64,000 bases of DNA, taken from NCBI RefSeq assembly GCF_009914755.1, contig NC_060940.1, one strand, 5' to 3'. Below, piece by piece: positions 16,173-45,178 of the stretch. The DNA is from the human T2T-CHM13v2.0 reference genome, Homo sapiens. The translations under genes were made by a program, and so were the position numbers. The notes beneath the pieces are model-generated. The model did not search any database and had not been told where the DNA came from. It saw nothing but the letters and a program-made list of their open reading frames with translations. How positions within the stretch are numbered: position 1 is the stretch's first letter; each line of letters begins with the position of its first letter.

Positions 16173-16373
16173 CTCGTCTATTAAAGGATGACTTTCGGCC
16201 AGGGGATTAAAAGGTATGAACAGAAACAGCGCTGGTCCTTTCTTCAGCTCGTTATTCAGCAGGAGACTCTTGCCTCCGTGTGGCCGCAGCCACCGAAAGA
16301 GCGTCTCCTGGTTTTCTAAGGCCCACTTACAGATGTTCTCAGCTGTGTAGTTCAGGACCTCCCTGGGGAAGAC
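16173..16373 (-). CDS. TXNDC11: TXNDC11 exon 7
   Basis: Acceptor ttcacag|GTC, donor GAG|gtaaga; 201 nt; [35 protein letters not shown]...HPLIDE. Confidence 0.96.
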
Positions 16374-18314
16374 CTGTGAAGGACAAAGGCACAGAGGATA
16401 AAGGAGAGCTCGTGAGGTGGGGCAAGCTCAAGGCACATCAGTGCTGTTCCAACCCCACCACTAAGGGTGAGAAAACCCAGGCGTGGAGCGGGGCCTGGCC
16501 CCACTGTGCAGCTAACACCCGCTTCTCCAGAGACAGCATTTCCTCACAAGTGGTTGAAAAAACAAAAGTGGTTGCAGGAGGTGACTTCCATATCGTGTGA
16601 TTCATCTTTCTGCCTTGAGACAGACCCACCTATCAACAAATAATTCTCCCTGCCAGCTGGTGGCGATAACAACCTCTATCACCCTGTCCAAGGACAGGTA
16701 TTAAACGTCACTGGGTATTCATAAAAGGACCAAGACATATCTAAGGGAACAGAAACTACAGAGTCAAGGATCATTTAGATTTTGACCTTGGTCCTTCAAA
16801 TGCTGCCCCCAAGGGCAGCATGGAGCCTCCGTGCGGCACAGGCTGTCTGTTCTGCTCACCTGTATCCTCCGGGCCTAGACGAACACCAGGCACACAGCAG
16901 GAACTCAACACATGTCTTCAGCAATCAAAAATGACCTAAACTTGCACAAGGCCACGGATCATATTTTACGTGTACGAATAAATGAAAGAGACACCTAGAT
17001 TTTTTGCTTTGTTTTGCTATAAACAACCAATGTATGTGAACATAAAATTATTTTTGAAATTCTAACAATTTAAATCACTGGCTTCAAACAGAACTACCAA
17101 AGGGGTGCTTCAGAGGGTTCTGAAAAATGAGATATTTAAAACTCCTCAAAACGAAGATTTAAATTGACTCATAACAGAGACTAACCACTGCTTGTGTTTT
17201 TAAAAATAATGGTATCCCAGTATTATTTCATTTGATAAAAGGAATTCTACTGCTACACAAACCAACCAACCTTAATCACTACCAAATCGAAGCAGAAACC
17301 TGATATATTTTTCCATCTCATAGTCCTACCTTTCTTTCCCCATCTACTTTTAATTTCTTTCTCAGTACCCTTTACTATAAATAAATATATGTAGGCTGTG
17401 TAACATGCTAAAAATGAAGGATGTAGGAAAATGACAGATAGCAAAAGCAGATGATGTCAAAGCAGCTTAGGCAGAGGCACAAGGAGCGTAGGTGGGCAGC
17501 AGAGAAACAACCACAGCAGTGATTGTCAAGGTGGGACGATGGGAGTTTGAAAAACCATACTCAAACTACACTCAAACATTTCCATTCGGAAAACACAAAA
17601 ATACATTTGACTTTTGGAATATAAACTGCAAGAAGTAAAGCACAGCATCTGGGCTACGAGAGATATGCAGAAGCCAGGGCGACTGGCAAGCAAGGGGGCA
17701 CCCCTGGAGTGGGCCCAACAGCCCCTCCGAAGGCACAAGACTTAGACATTGTGCCAAGGGGGGCGCAGGTTTTAAAGGCTGGGTACACTGGGTGCAGGGA
17801 AATTGATCTGTATATGACCTGTAAGTTACTGACAGTGATGCGAGAGAGACAGAATACTTCAGGAAAGTCAACTCAGTGATGTGACTTAGGAAGCAGCAAC
17901 AGAGTAGACGCATAGGACTGAGCAGGACACAGGTCAATGCTCAGAAGCAGCTGAGTTCAGGCTGCTCCACAGAAAGCAAATGAAATCGGGGAACAAAGGC
18001 GACAATGGAAAACTGACGCTCTCTGGGATGAGAAGCCATCAACTTCTCACTGTGACTTGACAAGAACTTCAAAAATCCATTACATCAGCTAAGGAGAAAA
18101 GCATGTCACATTACTACTCATCATAAAAGAAACAGATAAACACAGAACATCACTCAGTGGAAGCCTAGCTTCTGAAAACACGGGCTCAGAGTAACAATTC
18201 TTCAAGAGAGTAACTCTGCAATTTTATCCAAGAAGAAAAACTTTAAAGTCTGTACCAAAATCTAAGAATACAAATAAAGAATTTCTATACATTAATTTCA
18301 AGAGCCCTCTAATG

Positions 18315-18467
18315 CATGGGTTCTTAACCTGGAGCCTGGGCTCTAGGGTGGGGCTGTAAGAACTCTCCATCCATATATAAAATCATATGCGCTTTTCTAG
18401 AGAGTGTCCATAGATTTTAACCAATTCTCAAAGGAGTCTGTGACCTAAACAAGGTTAAGAACCACTG
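18315..18467. mobile_element. Small hAT-Charlie MITE (MER5/MER103-like)
   Basis: Perfect 12-bp inverted repeat ggttcttaacct (18319-18330) / aggttaagaacc (18452-18463). Confidence 0.65.
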
Positions 18468-18499
18468 CGCTAACATAAACGTGATTTCAAAATACTTAC

Positions 18500-18612
18500 A
18501 AGTGATGTGTTGAAATGTCTATGTAAATACACACTTCCAGAGTGTACTAAGGATACCAGTTTCGCAAGATGTTTATTTGTGATAACCCCAAATCGTACTG
18601 TTCCTAGGTAAT
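18500..18612 (-). CDS. TXNDC11: TXNDC11 exon 6
   Basis: Acceptor tgtttcag|AT, donor CTT|gtaagt; 113 nt; [38 protein letters not shown]. Confidence 0.96.
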
Positions 18613-19071
18613 CTGAAACAGAAAATTTTCCTTTATTAAAGAAAAGGCCTGTGCCTTAAAACAACCACAAAACCCAGTGATCAAGTCTTGAAGCACAAAC
18701 CCCTGCAGCTAAGCTCCTTCTGGTAACCTAGCCTAGAGAGGGAAGGAAGAGGCGCTGAGGAACCTCTCCTCCTGAAACCGACCTCGGCCCCTCAGATGTC
18801 AAGCCTGCTTCTGAGAGGATGTCTCTGACTAACGTCTCTGACAATCACTTGTGCTGAGGAGTCCCCTGTGTCCACCTATGATGGTCTGACCTGTCCCCAT
18901 TGATGACAGGCTGAGGCACATGCTGTTCTCTTTGTCTGGACACTTCTTGTGGCTGGTTCCTTGTCATTACTCATCTCAGCTCCTACTTTCTGTGAGAAGC
19001 CTTCCTTGACCACCCCACCTAACAGCTAATATTTAGGGGAGAGAGTTTACAAAGGGAAACTGGGCTCCTGA

Positions 19072-19497
<426 letters not shown>

Positions 19498-20104
19498 TGA
19501 CTGTAATTTCTGTGAAATTAGAGACTTTGTTTCATGCTAGTATCCCAGCACCTACAGAAGTGCCGGGGTGTATAGTTAAGAGGTCAAAAAATATTTATTA
19601 AATGAACAAATCTAGCATATATAAAGACTTATACAAATCAACAAGGAAAATTGTTAACATGGACAAACCACAGAAAAGGAAATATGTATACATGGCTAAT
19701 AATTACTGGAAATAAACTCAACCTCACTATCCCAAAAGGAAGCAAATTAAAACAAAAGACTACTTTTGACCCTCAAATTGCCAAGAATTTAAGACAAAGG
19801 AAACATCAAGTATTGATGAAAGTAAAGAAATGAGTATTTGATGTGATGCTGGTGGAAAAAGGCAAAACGGCACAGCCACTCAGGAAAGCAGCTGCTGTAC
19901 CGACTACAAGAATGGACACAGCTGGGATTTCCACTGCTAAGCATCCACATGTTTGTTAGGAGTCACATGCAAGGATATTCACCAAGAAACATTCTGCAAA
20001 TGTTAAAAACAATGAGGCAGGACTATACACCACAAACAGAGGCTGAAAGAGTAGACTTTTGATGTTAACAAAAAAAAAAAAAGAACTCACACTTATAAAA
20101 GTTA

Positions 20105-20162
20105 TGTGTGTGTATGTGTGTGTGTGTATGTATGTATGTGTATATATATATATATATATATG
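20105..20162. repeat. Compound (TG)n/(TATG)n/(TA)n microsatellite
   Basis: Direct reading. Confidence 0.95.
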
Positions 20163-20434
20163 TTTTTTCCCCTACAGGCACATATGTTTAGAAATGTATA
20201 AAGAATCTAAAAGGATAATGAAAGTGGTTTGATGTTGGAGAACGAACATCAACAGGGACCTTATCCTTATGTGTGAAGCTTTCATTTTTTTTCATGGAGT
20301 ATAATATTTGTGTGATTATAAAGTATTTAGTGTTAAAGGAGGGTGAATAAGATACTGCAGAAAAAGGTACATTCTTTCCTATCCCCTTTTTGCTTTATTA
20401 GCACATGCTAAATAAAACATCAGTTAAACTACAG

Positions 20435-20742
20435 GCCAGGCGCAGGGGCTCATGCTCTTAATCCTAGCACTTTGGGAGGCCGAGGTGGGTGGATTGCCTG
20501 AGCTCAGAAGTTCAAGACCAGCCTGGCCAACATGGTGAAACCCTGTCTCTACTAAAAATATAAAAATTATCCGGGTGTGTTGTGGTGGGCACCTGTAATC
20601 CCAGCTACTTGGGAGGCTGAGGCATGAGAATCACTTGAACCCAGGAGGCAGAGGTTGCCGCGAGCTGAGATCCCAAGATCGTGCCACTGCACTCTAGCCT
20701 GGGCAACAGAGTGAGACTCTGCCTCCAAAGTAAATAAATAAA
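20435..20742 (+). mobile_element. AluS-like
   Basis: Full dimer; cagttaaac flanking repeat. Confidence 0.92.
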
Positions 20743-21149
20743 TTTTTTTTTAAAAAACAGTTAAACATCAAATATTACCAAATTATACACAAGTAGCTAA
20801 GATATAAAAATATTGAGGTGTTAAACCCATAAAGTTTCCAGTTTTATCCCATGACCCCATCTTTCAGTGGTGTGGTCCTCTCTCCCTCAGGTAAGGAGTG
20901 GCCGACAAGGATGAGGTCGGAGTGAGTATGTCCCTACTGCCAGAGTCAATAATTTTTCATACAAATCTGATGAGTGTAAAATGGCACAAAACAAAAGAAA
21001 TACAGGACAAATAAGCCAGGCTGGGGAAAGGGGACTGGAAACGGGAAGGCAGGGCTGAGGAGGCCTGGCACTGAGTAGGCCTTTTTGTATCTGACTCCTA
21101 GGGCCACAGTGATGTATCACACACCCTTCACACACTCCAAAATTAAACA

Positions 21150-23400
<2,251 letters not shown>

Positions 23401-24892
23401 CTTTGTTTAAAGGGCATGGCATATAAGTCCAGATCCCAAAGCTGTCAGAAGAAACAGACCAAAGAGAGGACGTGATTTAGTAGGACCAAAACACCACTCT
23501 CCAGAAGCAGCTGATCTTGGAGGACAGTCACAGTTAAAAGAAGAGAAGGAAAAGAAGCCAGTAAGGAAATTCATTTGATAGCCTGCCAAAGTCACCATCG
23601 TGATTTATTAGAGCAGAGAAATAAGAAGTGACAGCCTGACCCAAAAGTTAAAAGGGGCCATTCAAAAACCTGTTTAACTGCCTTAATAAGAATGGACAGT
23701 CTGCCCATACAGAACAAATTCTAACATGCTCAAACATATTATAATTTCAAAACTTTATTTTTCACACATAACAGAAATGTACAAAAAACACGCTTCTATT
23801 TAAGTTCTAGCATATGGTGGAAATCTTGCTAGAAGCAGCAGCTTAAATTTGCAGTCTCACGTGAACAAAGAATACTTAGATTAGCAGAGGAAGTTTATAG
23901 CGTAAAGATGACACAAAAAACCAGCATGTCACATCTCCTTATCCAGAGTGTTTTCTGATAAGCAGAGCTCCAGGGCTTTCTACGACAGAAGTCTTAGTCA
24001 TTTATAAAATGAATTATTTTGTCCTAAAAGTAATGAATTTTCAATATTTTAATTAAGAACTTGGAATTTGTTGGACAATTAAAAATAAACTAAGACTCAT
24101 ACTCTCCCCTCCTCTACTCAAAAAGGTCTAAAAACTGCAGTATCCCATTCGATTAAAAAAAAAATTCTCCATTAGCCTGGTAATTGGCCAGTTCAAGATC
24201 TCTGTTAACCATACAGTGACAACTGGTGTCAATGATCACTGCAAGATGTAATGAAATCTTGAAGGAACATCTGGGTAAAGAATTAGTTACTAACCAGTTT
24301 CCACAGCTGCTCATGCAGGTGGCTAAGAAGGTCAAGGTGACCACAGCCAGCATGTCTCTTGGCGCCACTCACCCCTCAGGGAGGGAGGGTGCTCCTTGGC
24401 TGCTTGCTACAGAGGGTGCTGAGCCCTGGGCCCTGTGATCGTCGGCTACAAGGCTGTGCACACAGGCACCATCTAGACCCATCACAGCACATCTCCCATG
24501 GGCATGGGCTGGGGAACCAGCACTATTATGCTGATGCTAATATTGTTTGCTGTGCTTTGAGCAGAAATGGTCTTGTGCTTTGACTCATGAAATCTTGCCT
24601 ACTTTTGGCAGGCAGGCAGGTTTACTCCTGGTCATCTCTTGTGAGTGTGGGATTCTTCTCTGCCCCTAACAGAATGTTCTTCTCTTGCTTCCCACACCCT
24701 CCCCAAGTATAGCTTTGGCTGCCCTTCTTGTGCCTCCCGTGCACCGCTGTCACCATTCACCTCATGACAGCTACCAAGGGTTCCTGAAAGACCTGAAACT
24801 CCATCTGGTTTCCACTCACATTCATCTGGCTCACTATCCTCTAGTTTGGATAAAAGCTTTTTGGTTTTGGACAACGTTTTAATATATGACTA

Positions 24893-25128
24893 CAGCTGAC
24901 CCTTGAACAACATGGGTTTGAACTGCGTGGGTCCACTTACATGCATATTTTTTTTAACGAAACACAGATCCAAAATACAGTATTTGCAGAATTTAAAACC
25001 CACCTATATGGAGAGCCAATTTTCATACAGGCAGGCTCTGAAGGGCCAACTGTGGGACTTGAGTATGCAAATTCTGGTATATTTGGGGATCCTAGAACTA
25101 ATCCCCAATCTATACCAAGGGAAAACTG
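24893..25128. mobile_element. MER8/Tigger2-family MITE
   Basis: TA|cagctgaccctt...aagggaaaactg|TA; 236 bp. Confidence 0.8.
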
Positions 25129-25139
25129 TATTTTAGTTT

Positions 25140-26200
<1,061 letters not shown>

Positions 26201-27304
26201 AGAGTGGTAATGATGAAAAAGCAAGATTCATTTATCTCAGGAAGACAATTAGCCTGAGATGATAAATCCAGCAGCCAGCAAGTCTTAATAATTGGCACTT
26301 ATCTGGTAAGATCACATGAGACAATGTTTCTTGAATTTTTTTCATGAAAATCCATCCAACAGCAAAGAATAATTATCTTTAAGAACGTGTCCCCTTTTCT
26401 TCAAAAAGGAAAAAGTGGGGCTCTAGACCTATGACTCTAGCCTGAGCTTCTGAAATTAATTCTCTCTCAGAGGCCTATAGTAAATAGCACTTGGTGTACT
26501 ACAAAGTACCCAAGGATACACTGAAAGAACAGAGAGAAACTCCAGGTCTGAACAATGTGGAATTCCTTACATTAGGGAAGGTCATCTGCTATCATGGAGA
26601 CTTCTGCATGAGCTCATCTCTAAGGCATCATGGAACAAAATGGAATATCGGGTCAAGAAAAATGCTTATAAAGGTAACTGCTAACAAACCAACATATGCT
26701 TCAAAACAAAATACCACTGGATTAAGTCACATGGCATTTAATCATCATGGATAAGAAGTCATTTACTCCATGGGGAAATTCTTCTCATTTCTTTAAACTG
26801 AAAATAGTGGTATACCAAAAGGCAAACCTGTATCATAGTACCTTCCATCTGTTGGGAAACAATTCTCATTTTAGTCTGTTAATTTTAACTTCTACTTTCC
26901 CACTCTTCTTTCCAAAGTCAGAAAAAGGAGAAAAATAGGATTATTTTAAAAAGGGATTAAAACAACCCCTCTAATTTTAATATTTACATAGTGATTCACT
27001 TTTCAAGTTCTTCATAACCATTTCCTGGTGATGTTATATATTTCCAATAAAGTGTCCATTAAAATGAAAAAACCTTCGAAGAAATGTAACATTACAGAAA
27101 TGCTTGTTTTCAATGTATAAACTATCATTACTTGCATTTTCCCCCTAGAAATGAGACAGTGAAATGTGCATAGTTTCAAACTTCTTAATATAAAGCACAA
27201 AGCAATTATTTAGAAAAAAAATCTGGCATTTGGACATCACAGATACATTGTGGTGTTTGCCAAGATATTACTAAACTAACATGTAACTTATAAGCTGTGA
27301 TTCT

Positions 27305-27776
<472 letters not shown>

Positions 27777-27976
27777 CAGCTGTGATTCTTTCTGTATGTG
27801 AGCTAGGTAGGAAGGAAAGAGAAATGTAGTTCCAAGTACATGATTTTAGGAGAAAATAAACTGTAGTACTAAATACGCATTGTTACATATACTTAACCTG
27901 ACAGTAAAATAAACACCCTCACACCAATTGTTCTCATTTAGTAAGTCTAAAGCACCATATTAAAATGATCAATTCA

Positions 27977-28885
<909 letters not shown>

Positions 28886-29334
28886 AATGACTTCAGGACT
28901 CATTGGCCCCTGTCTATCTATGCTTATTGTTAGGAAGATACCACTAAAGCCCAGGGAAAACTAGAAACCAAGACAGGCTGCTAAGCGGAAGACATGGCCT
29001 ATTGTCTATTAGTGCAACAGCAGCTCCAAGAAAGAAGCTGGGGTGATGAAAATCACAGGACGTCCAGTGTGCCGGACGTCATGCTAGATAGTCAAGAGTT
29101 ATTAATCCATAGAACTTCCCCTAGGCCTTGAAAAATTAGGAAGGCAGACATTAGGCAGGGAAAAACATTACATTTAAAGCAGTATCACAGGCAAAGCCAA
29201 GAGGGAATCACCATATCATATCACCTGCTGCACCTCAGTAGAGCAGAGGAGCTGCAGAGAAAACAGAGTAAGGGTGGAGTGAGTGAGCTCTGCACCAGGG
29301 TTCTCATCTCAGCTCCTGTATTTACTGGCATGTG

Positions 29335-29810
29335 ACGGTACTGGCTTCGTGTTGTTGCTGTAACAAATAATGGCAGACACACAGATGTATTTTAAAGTTC
29401 TGGATGTCAAAAGTCCAAAATGAGTCTCACTAGGCTAAAATCAACCCTGGCCTGTTAGCAAGTCATGTTCCTTTGGGAGGCTCTGGGGGAGAATCCTTGA
29501 CTTTTCCAGCTCCAAAGGTTACCCACATCCCTTGGTTTGTGGCCCTTTCCTCCTTCAAAGCCAGTGACAACTAGACTGTCCATCTCACATTACACTCTGC
29601 TATTTTGCCTCCAATTTTGATTCTTAAGAATCCTTCTGATTACACTGAGCCCACCCCAGTAACACAGGATAACCTCAGTGTCAGCTGATTAGCAATCTAA
29701 TTCTATTTGCTACCTTAATTCCCCCTTGCCATGTATATAACCTATTCGCAGGTTCTACTGAGTAAGAAGCGGAGCTTTTTAAGGAGCCCTTATGAGCCCT
29801 GCCTACCACA
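29335..29810 (-). mobile_element. MLT1-type (ERVL-MaLR) solo LTR inserted in a MIR
   Basis: gctgtaacaaat, ttctgga..tcaaaagtccaaaat, acatcccttggtttgtggcc motifs; MIR core on both sides. Confidence 0.75.
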
Positions 29811-30716
29811 CTAACCCTGAGCCAGTTAGCAACCCCTCAGAGCTTCGGTTTCTCCATCTGTGAAACTGGAATAAACACTTCCTACTTCAAAGGGTGACAG
29901 TGAAGACTGTGTCATTCAGGTAAAGTGCCTGGCTCATGGAAGTGCTCAGTCAAGTATCAGCTTATCTGGTTCAACTGTATATAAAAGGTGGCCAAGGACA
30001 GACCAGAACTGGGCTTGTCTGCACGGAGCTGTTTGACTGTAAGTTTGTGACTTTATTATGTCCCTAAGATTATTTTCTAAGATTGTAATGCTTCTAGTTC
30101 TTTATCTAGGAGTCTTATCAACTTCCAAACATGAAAAAAACAAACTTGGAGAAACAGGATCAACACCCACACCAATACTCTAAAAGAGTCAATTTAAAAG
30201 GGTAGAAAATATCACTACATAATTAGAAAGTGAAGGTGCAATTTTTCAAATACCTGGGATCGAGGGATCAAAATCTCTCTAAATGAACACTAAATTTGGC
30301 TCTGAGCTTCCTGAAGCCAAGGCACAAGTGGACACACCTGTTGCTTTCCCCAGCCCCATCAACCTTCCACTCTGCATGCGGTTTCTTCCATACTTAGCTG
30401 CAGGCTAAGCCTCCCACCCCCCAGCACCCATCTCCACTGAGCCATCTTCCCGTCTCCACCTAAGGAAGGCTGTCACAGACCCATCACTAAATTCTCATTG
30501 TGAGCAACCCTACTTCTTGGCCACACTGGCTGGTGGCTCCTGCTGATGGCAGGAAATGAGATACATTCATCATTATAGCTATATCACATACCAGATCCTC
30601 AAATGGTTGTTGAATTATTTAATAAGAAATCGTACTTCTGATTCTAACCTCACGTGCTGAGAGGATCTTTTTTGGCCTTAGTTCTTATTTATAAGACTTA
30701 AGAAATAAGTCATTGT

Positions 30717-33522
<2,806 letters not shown>

Positions 33523-34599
33523 GAATGAACCAGGCAGGGAAATTCCTACACTATGGTCTATTGAGCCTGAAGGGCCAGGCACAAGAAGTGGAGAAGGTAG
33601 TGAGAGGGGATCCAAAGTGACATTTAAAATCCCGTAGCTAAAATCTTTCTCACGCGTCCTTTACCAGTCATACATTCACCAAGCACGGTGTGGAGCTGTA
33701 GGAGCAACAAAACAAAACCCTGCCATCAAGGTCCTCAGTAAATATTATCTGAAAAATTAGCTCCTATTCTGGTGGCAGAGAGATTCAGTCCATTGGACAG
33801 GGAGAAAACCATGCGTTACAAATAGAAGCAGGTAGGAGGTGCACGGGAAAGGGGAAGAGAAAGACTGGGCCTGCTGGTCAGTCAATGACATCATTTCTTG
33901 TGTGGATTTTTTCACTAGAATAGGTAAAATACTTATCTGAGGTGCTTTCAACCAGATGGCTTAGTTTCTAATTAAGGTATAAAGACTATTATTTTACTTG
34001 CACGCAAAGTATTTCTTTACTCGCTTTATTACTTTACTCACACACAAAGTATTTCATGATTTGACCTTATAAAATAAGGATTTATATACTTACCTCTACC
34101 CTCCCCAAATTTAAAGATAAACAAACACAAACACAGAAAGGTTAAATATTTTGTTCCAAGTTTACAGACCTCACCAGGAGCAGACAAAGGGTAAGGACCA
34201 GGCATTGCTGCCTCCCAGCCCACTGCTTTTCTCCCTAGACTGCACTGCAAGTCCTTTTGTAGATCAGATGAAAAATGGGGTCAAAATTTGCTGCAAATCT
34301 TCTCTTTTAAAAAAGCCACTGAATTATAGCAGAGTATGACAAAATGTTACCAGAACACATTTTTACAGCAAATAATGAAATAATCATCAGATTTTTAAAA
34401 ATCAAGCAAGCAACTTCAGAATATGACCCCTCTACCAAATTTTCTTTTGGCAATAAAGTAGCCTCTCTGCCAAGATCAAATGTAAAAATGTTACAAGAGG
34501 AACAGGCTTTGCAGTCCTGGAGGAGTAAAGTACAAGAGAGCTGATTTCCTCCAGGCTTTTGAAACATATACAAAGATTGCCAGCCCACAATTAATCATC

Positions 34600-36102
<1,503 letters not shown>

Positions 36103-38413
36103 TTAAGTGGGGGGTAAAGGACCACAGAACCCGATCTTATAACCCAAGCCTCGCATGCTGGGGGCCAGGAATAAGCTCTCCTCACAGCACACCCTACAGC
36201 CCTGTGATGCTTCAGACATGGTACTCTCGCAAATTATTTATGCACTGATGACCAGCTAGCTTCAAAAAACAAATGTAGAACTTTGAAGTGGCCTGGCTAT
36301 TTCTAAGACAATTTAAAAAAAAATCATTAAGGCAGGGGAAAGGCATGTGTATTGTATAAATGCTGGTAGCCAGCTGAACCAAGGCATCTGCTTTCTACTA
36401 CAACAGTCTAAACACTTCTTCAGTTCAGTTCTCTATAACTAAATGTTATATGTGTCAAATGTTTCTCCAGCCTTGATCTGTACATACAATCTAAACATGA
36501 CATTGACCTAGAATTTAATTTGAAACTGTATCTTTTTTTTTTAAATGTGCATGTGTTTCTCCTACCTCTTACTGCACATCTGCTGTTAATAATAAGGAAA
36601 ACACCATTTGACTTCAGGGTAGAAGAAAGGGAGAAAAACCCCAGATGCCCAAGGCAAGATTTACTTTAGGGAATCCTTCATAGTGCACATATTACAGAAA
36701 ATCATCATTTCCAATTGTGTGAATTTAGCCACAAAAAAATGGGGTGAAAAGGATTAATTAGAATTAATTAATTAATTAATCTCAGCTCCTGCAAACTTGC
36801 ATATGCAACAGAATTTTACAAGCTCCAACCAGAATCACAGGATAGGGAAGAGATGTAGAGAAAGTAAATCAGACCACATTTATTATGAAAACAACTAGCA
36901 CATAAACTTGTCAAAATTAGTGATTTGACCAAGGAGGTTCATTTTGAACCTTTGAGTAATTTTTAACCATTTATCCCTTTCAACCTTATTTTATATCTAT
37001 TTTATTTATCACTATTTACCCTTCTTTTGCTGAAAGAAAGGAGAAAAAGGCTGCTGCCTCTTATTAGAAGGGTATTCCTAAAAGGAACACCTTTTTAGAA
37101 ACCTCTGAATGAAAAAATAATTTAAGATGAGTAATGTATTTCTAATACGGCATAGCAGCACACAATATAAGCCAATCAAATAACAAAACATGCTTCTACG
37201 ACCTTGAAATGGCCTCTTCAGCTCACAAACTTGAATGCTACCATCACTTTAGTGAATGACTCTAGGTTACCCTTTTATATAGTCTTCATTAAGGTCTGTC
37301 TTCTGTGAAGGGCTTTATTTAATTTTCCATGAAGAGCTTTGAATGGATGCTTCTTAAGCTTATTTAAGCTGGCAGTATTTTGTTTCCAAAGTTCAAACTT
37401 CCATTTGCTAAGTCTGCTTAGTCACTTGAAACTGTGCAGCTCAAAGTCTTTCAATTAGACAGACATACTTATATGACAGCTTTTCTCCCCCTATGTCTCC
37501 CAGACAAACAATGTGAATATAGTAGATTCTCTGTCCATAAAACCTTCAAGGTATATATTAAAATTGCCAGTCATATAATTGTTTCATATATACTGTTTTA
37601 ATATTCCAAAAATAAAAATAATAAAAGAATAGTTACATATTTTTGGTTGATCTCCTGGGGGAAGGTAATAGGGTCATTAATGTGATCACTTGCTTGGCAA
37701 AGACTGACTGAGACCCTGCTTTGTGCCAGGCTATACAGAAAGAACACTAACATGAGGAACATGGTCCCTACCCTCAGAAATCTTACAGTCTAGGGAAAAA
37801 GACATTAAATAAATCATCTTGTAACCACATACATAAATGCAAACTGTGTTAAGTGCTACAAAAAAACAACAGGGTACCCAAGTTAGACTGGGGTAGTGGT
37901 TTCAGTTATTTAATTGTGGAAGCGATATTTGGGCTGGGCCCTGACAGGTGGAGAACTGAGCCCTAGGGGTGGAGGCACATTCCAGGAAGAAGGACTAGCA
38001 TATGCAAAGGCCACAGTCTGAGGAAGGAGAAGCGAGTGGATACCAGTTATGTGTCCACTGGTCTGGTCCAGGTGTGGGTGAAGGGGCGCAGACTGGAGTG
38101 GTAACAAAGGGGATGGAGACAAGCGAGCAGATGAGAATGGATCTGACACAAGTGACAAGCTGTGGAGTCAGGACTGAGAGAGAGCATACAACAACATAAA
38201 ACAATTGGGAGAATATGACCTTTCACTTAAAAACCAGGACACCAAACAATATACAATTCAACTAAGTCAAAGAAAAATACAGATGTGAGAAGCTGGCAGT
38301 AGCCTATGCTGTAATGTGACATGCGTTTTATACCTATAAAAATACTTCTCAGAAGAAATGTATTGCTAAATTACAACCTATCTGACAGATAAAATAACCA
38401 CTAAAAATGCTGA

Positions 38414-39505
<1,092 letters not shown>

Positions 39506-39619
39506 ACGTTGAGAAAAGGAATCAAGCAAATTAGAATATATATTCATAATAACACATGGAAAAGATGTAAGTAACAATTCTACTGAAGTAACAATGTCTT
39601 AATATGAATCATTTTTTAC

Positions 39620-39713
39620 CTTTCTTTAATGAATGTAATGCTGAGGTGAAGAAGGTCAAATAACCAGGAGGCTGGGGTGAGCCACTGAACTCAAAGTACC
39701 CGAGTACTCCAGG
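39620..39713 (-). CDS. TXNDC11: TXNDC11 exon 5
   Basis: Acceptor ttcctgcag|CCT, donor G|gtaaaa; 94 nt; [31 protein letters not shown]. Confidence 0.95.
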
Positions 39714-41016
39714 CTGCAGGAAAAAGAGCAGAATTAGGTAACTGAGGCACTGTCAGCCACAGTGTAATGGAGGATATTTTAAAGCAAGACATATTACAAT
39801 TTGACAATTAATGCATCTTGTTGCCTTTCATTTTTTCAAAAAGCCTAAGCACATGATAAAAATTTCAGGTTGGGGTTGAACATCCCCTCCATTTAAACAA
39901 CAAACAGGGTAAGGGATGGAGTTGCAGTAGCTTTGACAGGATTGTACAGTGGTCATTCAGGGACATTCAAAGCTGAAATTTCCTTCTGTCCCCATGAGTA
40001 GGTCTTTCCACACCCTGTTTGTTGACAGTACAATTCTCCCAGGCTCAAAACTTTATCAGTAAGTTATGTCCTCAATCGCTTTTAACAACTCCAGACAAGC
40101 AATGGCAATAATTTTCTTTTAACCTTTCTTAAGTTTCTTCTTGAATCTCTCTCTCTCATTGACTCCAAACATACCTTCACACTTTGCTGGAAATCAGGGT
40201 TAATCTTCACCTGTAATCAAGCCCCTTCAACAGGAAACAAACCACAGAACCCCCGCCAAAACCCAGCATTCCACAGTGGCAACTCTCCTTTCCCTCAGAT
40301 CTGCAGAGGACCCGCCTCTGGCCCTCTGGCTCCTCCACCCTACACATTCATTTCCACCTGCTCATTCCACTTCTCTAAGCTGGGCGTAGAATGCCCCTTC
40401 ATTCTGCCAAACCAATTAACTGTCCCCTACCAGATATGTTCTGCCTTCCTGTTTACAATCACTTCTTCCTTCTTGGAAGGCCCTGTGGCACTCATTCAGT
40501 CAGGTTTTATTCTGTAATAATCGTATCTGTCTTAAAAGTCAAATTTTGAGATCCCTGAGGAAAGAGTGCTGGACTTGGAGTCAGAAGACCTAAGCTCAAG
40601 TCTGAGATCTAGTGGCTGAATGAACAGCCTCGGGAGAACCCTTCAATATGAAACCTCAGTTGCCTGATGTGGAAATAGGAACAATTCTTCACAGGGTTAG
40701 GCAAAGAGCAAGCCTGATGAACCGTAAAGCACTAGGCAAATGAAAAGAATCCTTTTGAGCCCAAAAGCACTTGGCACTACACTCTATATTAGTAAGTCAT
40801 TGTGGAAATGAACTTGATCATTGAAACAAAATTGCATCCAAAATTTGGTGGAAATTTGATCTGTTGGTAAAGTTTAAAATCAATATGTTATAAAAAAGAG
40901 GAAACTTTTGATCTGTAGTAGAATATACTATCTTTCCAATCTAAACCACTTGCTTGTTGTAAGATTCAACTGTAAATGAATCAATTGGTTTTCATTCTGA
41001 TAGAAACTTAACATCT

Positions 41017-45178
<4,162 letters not shown>

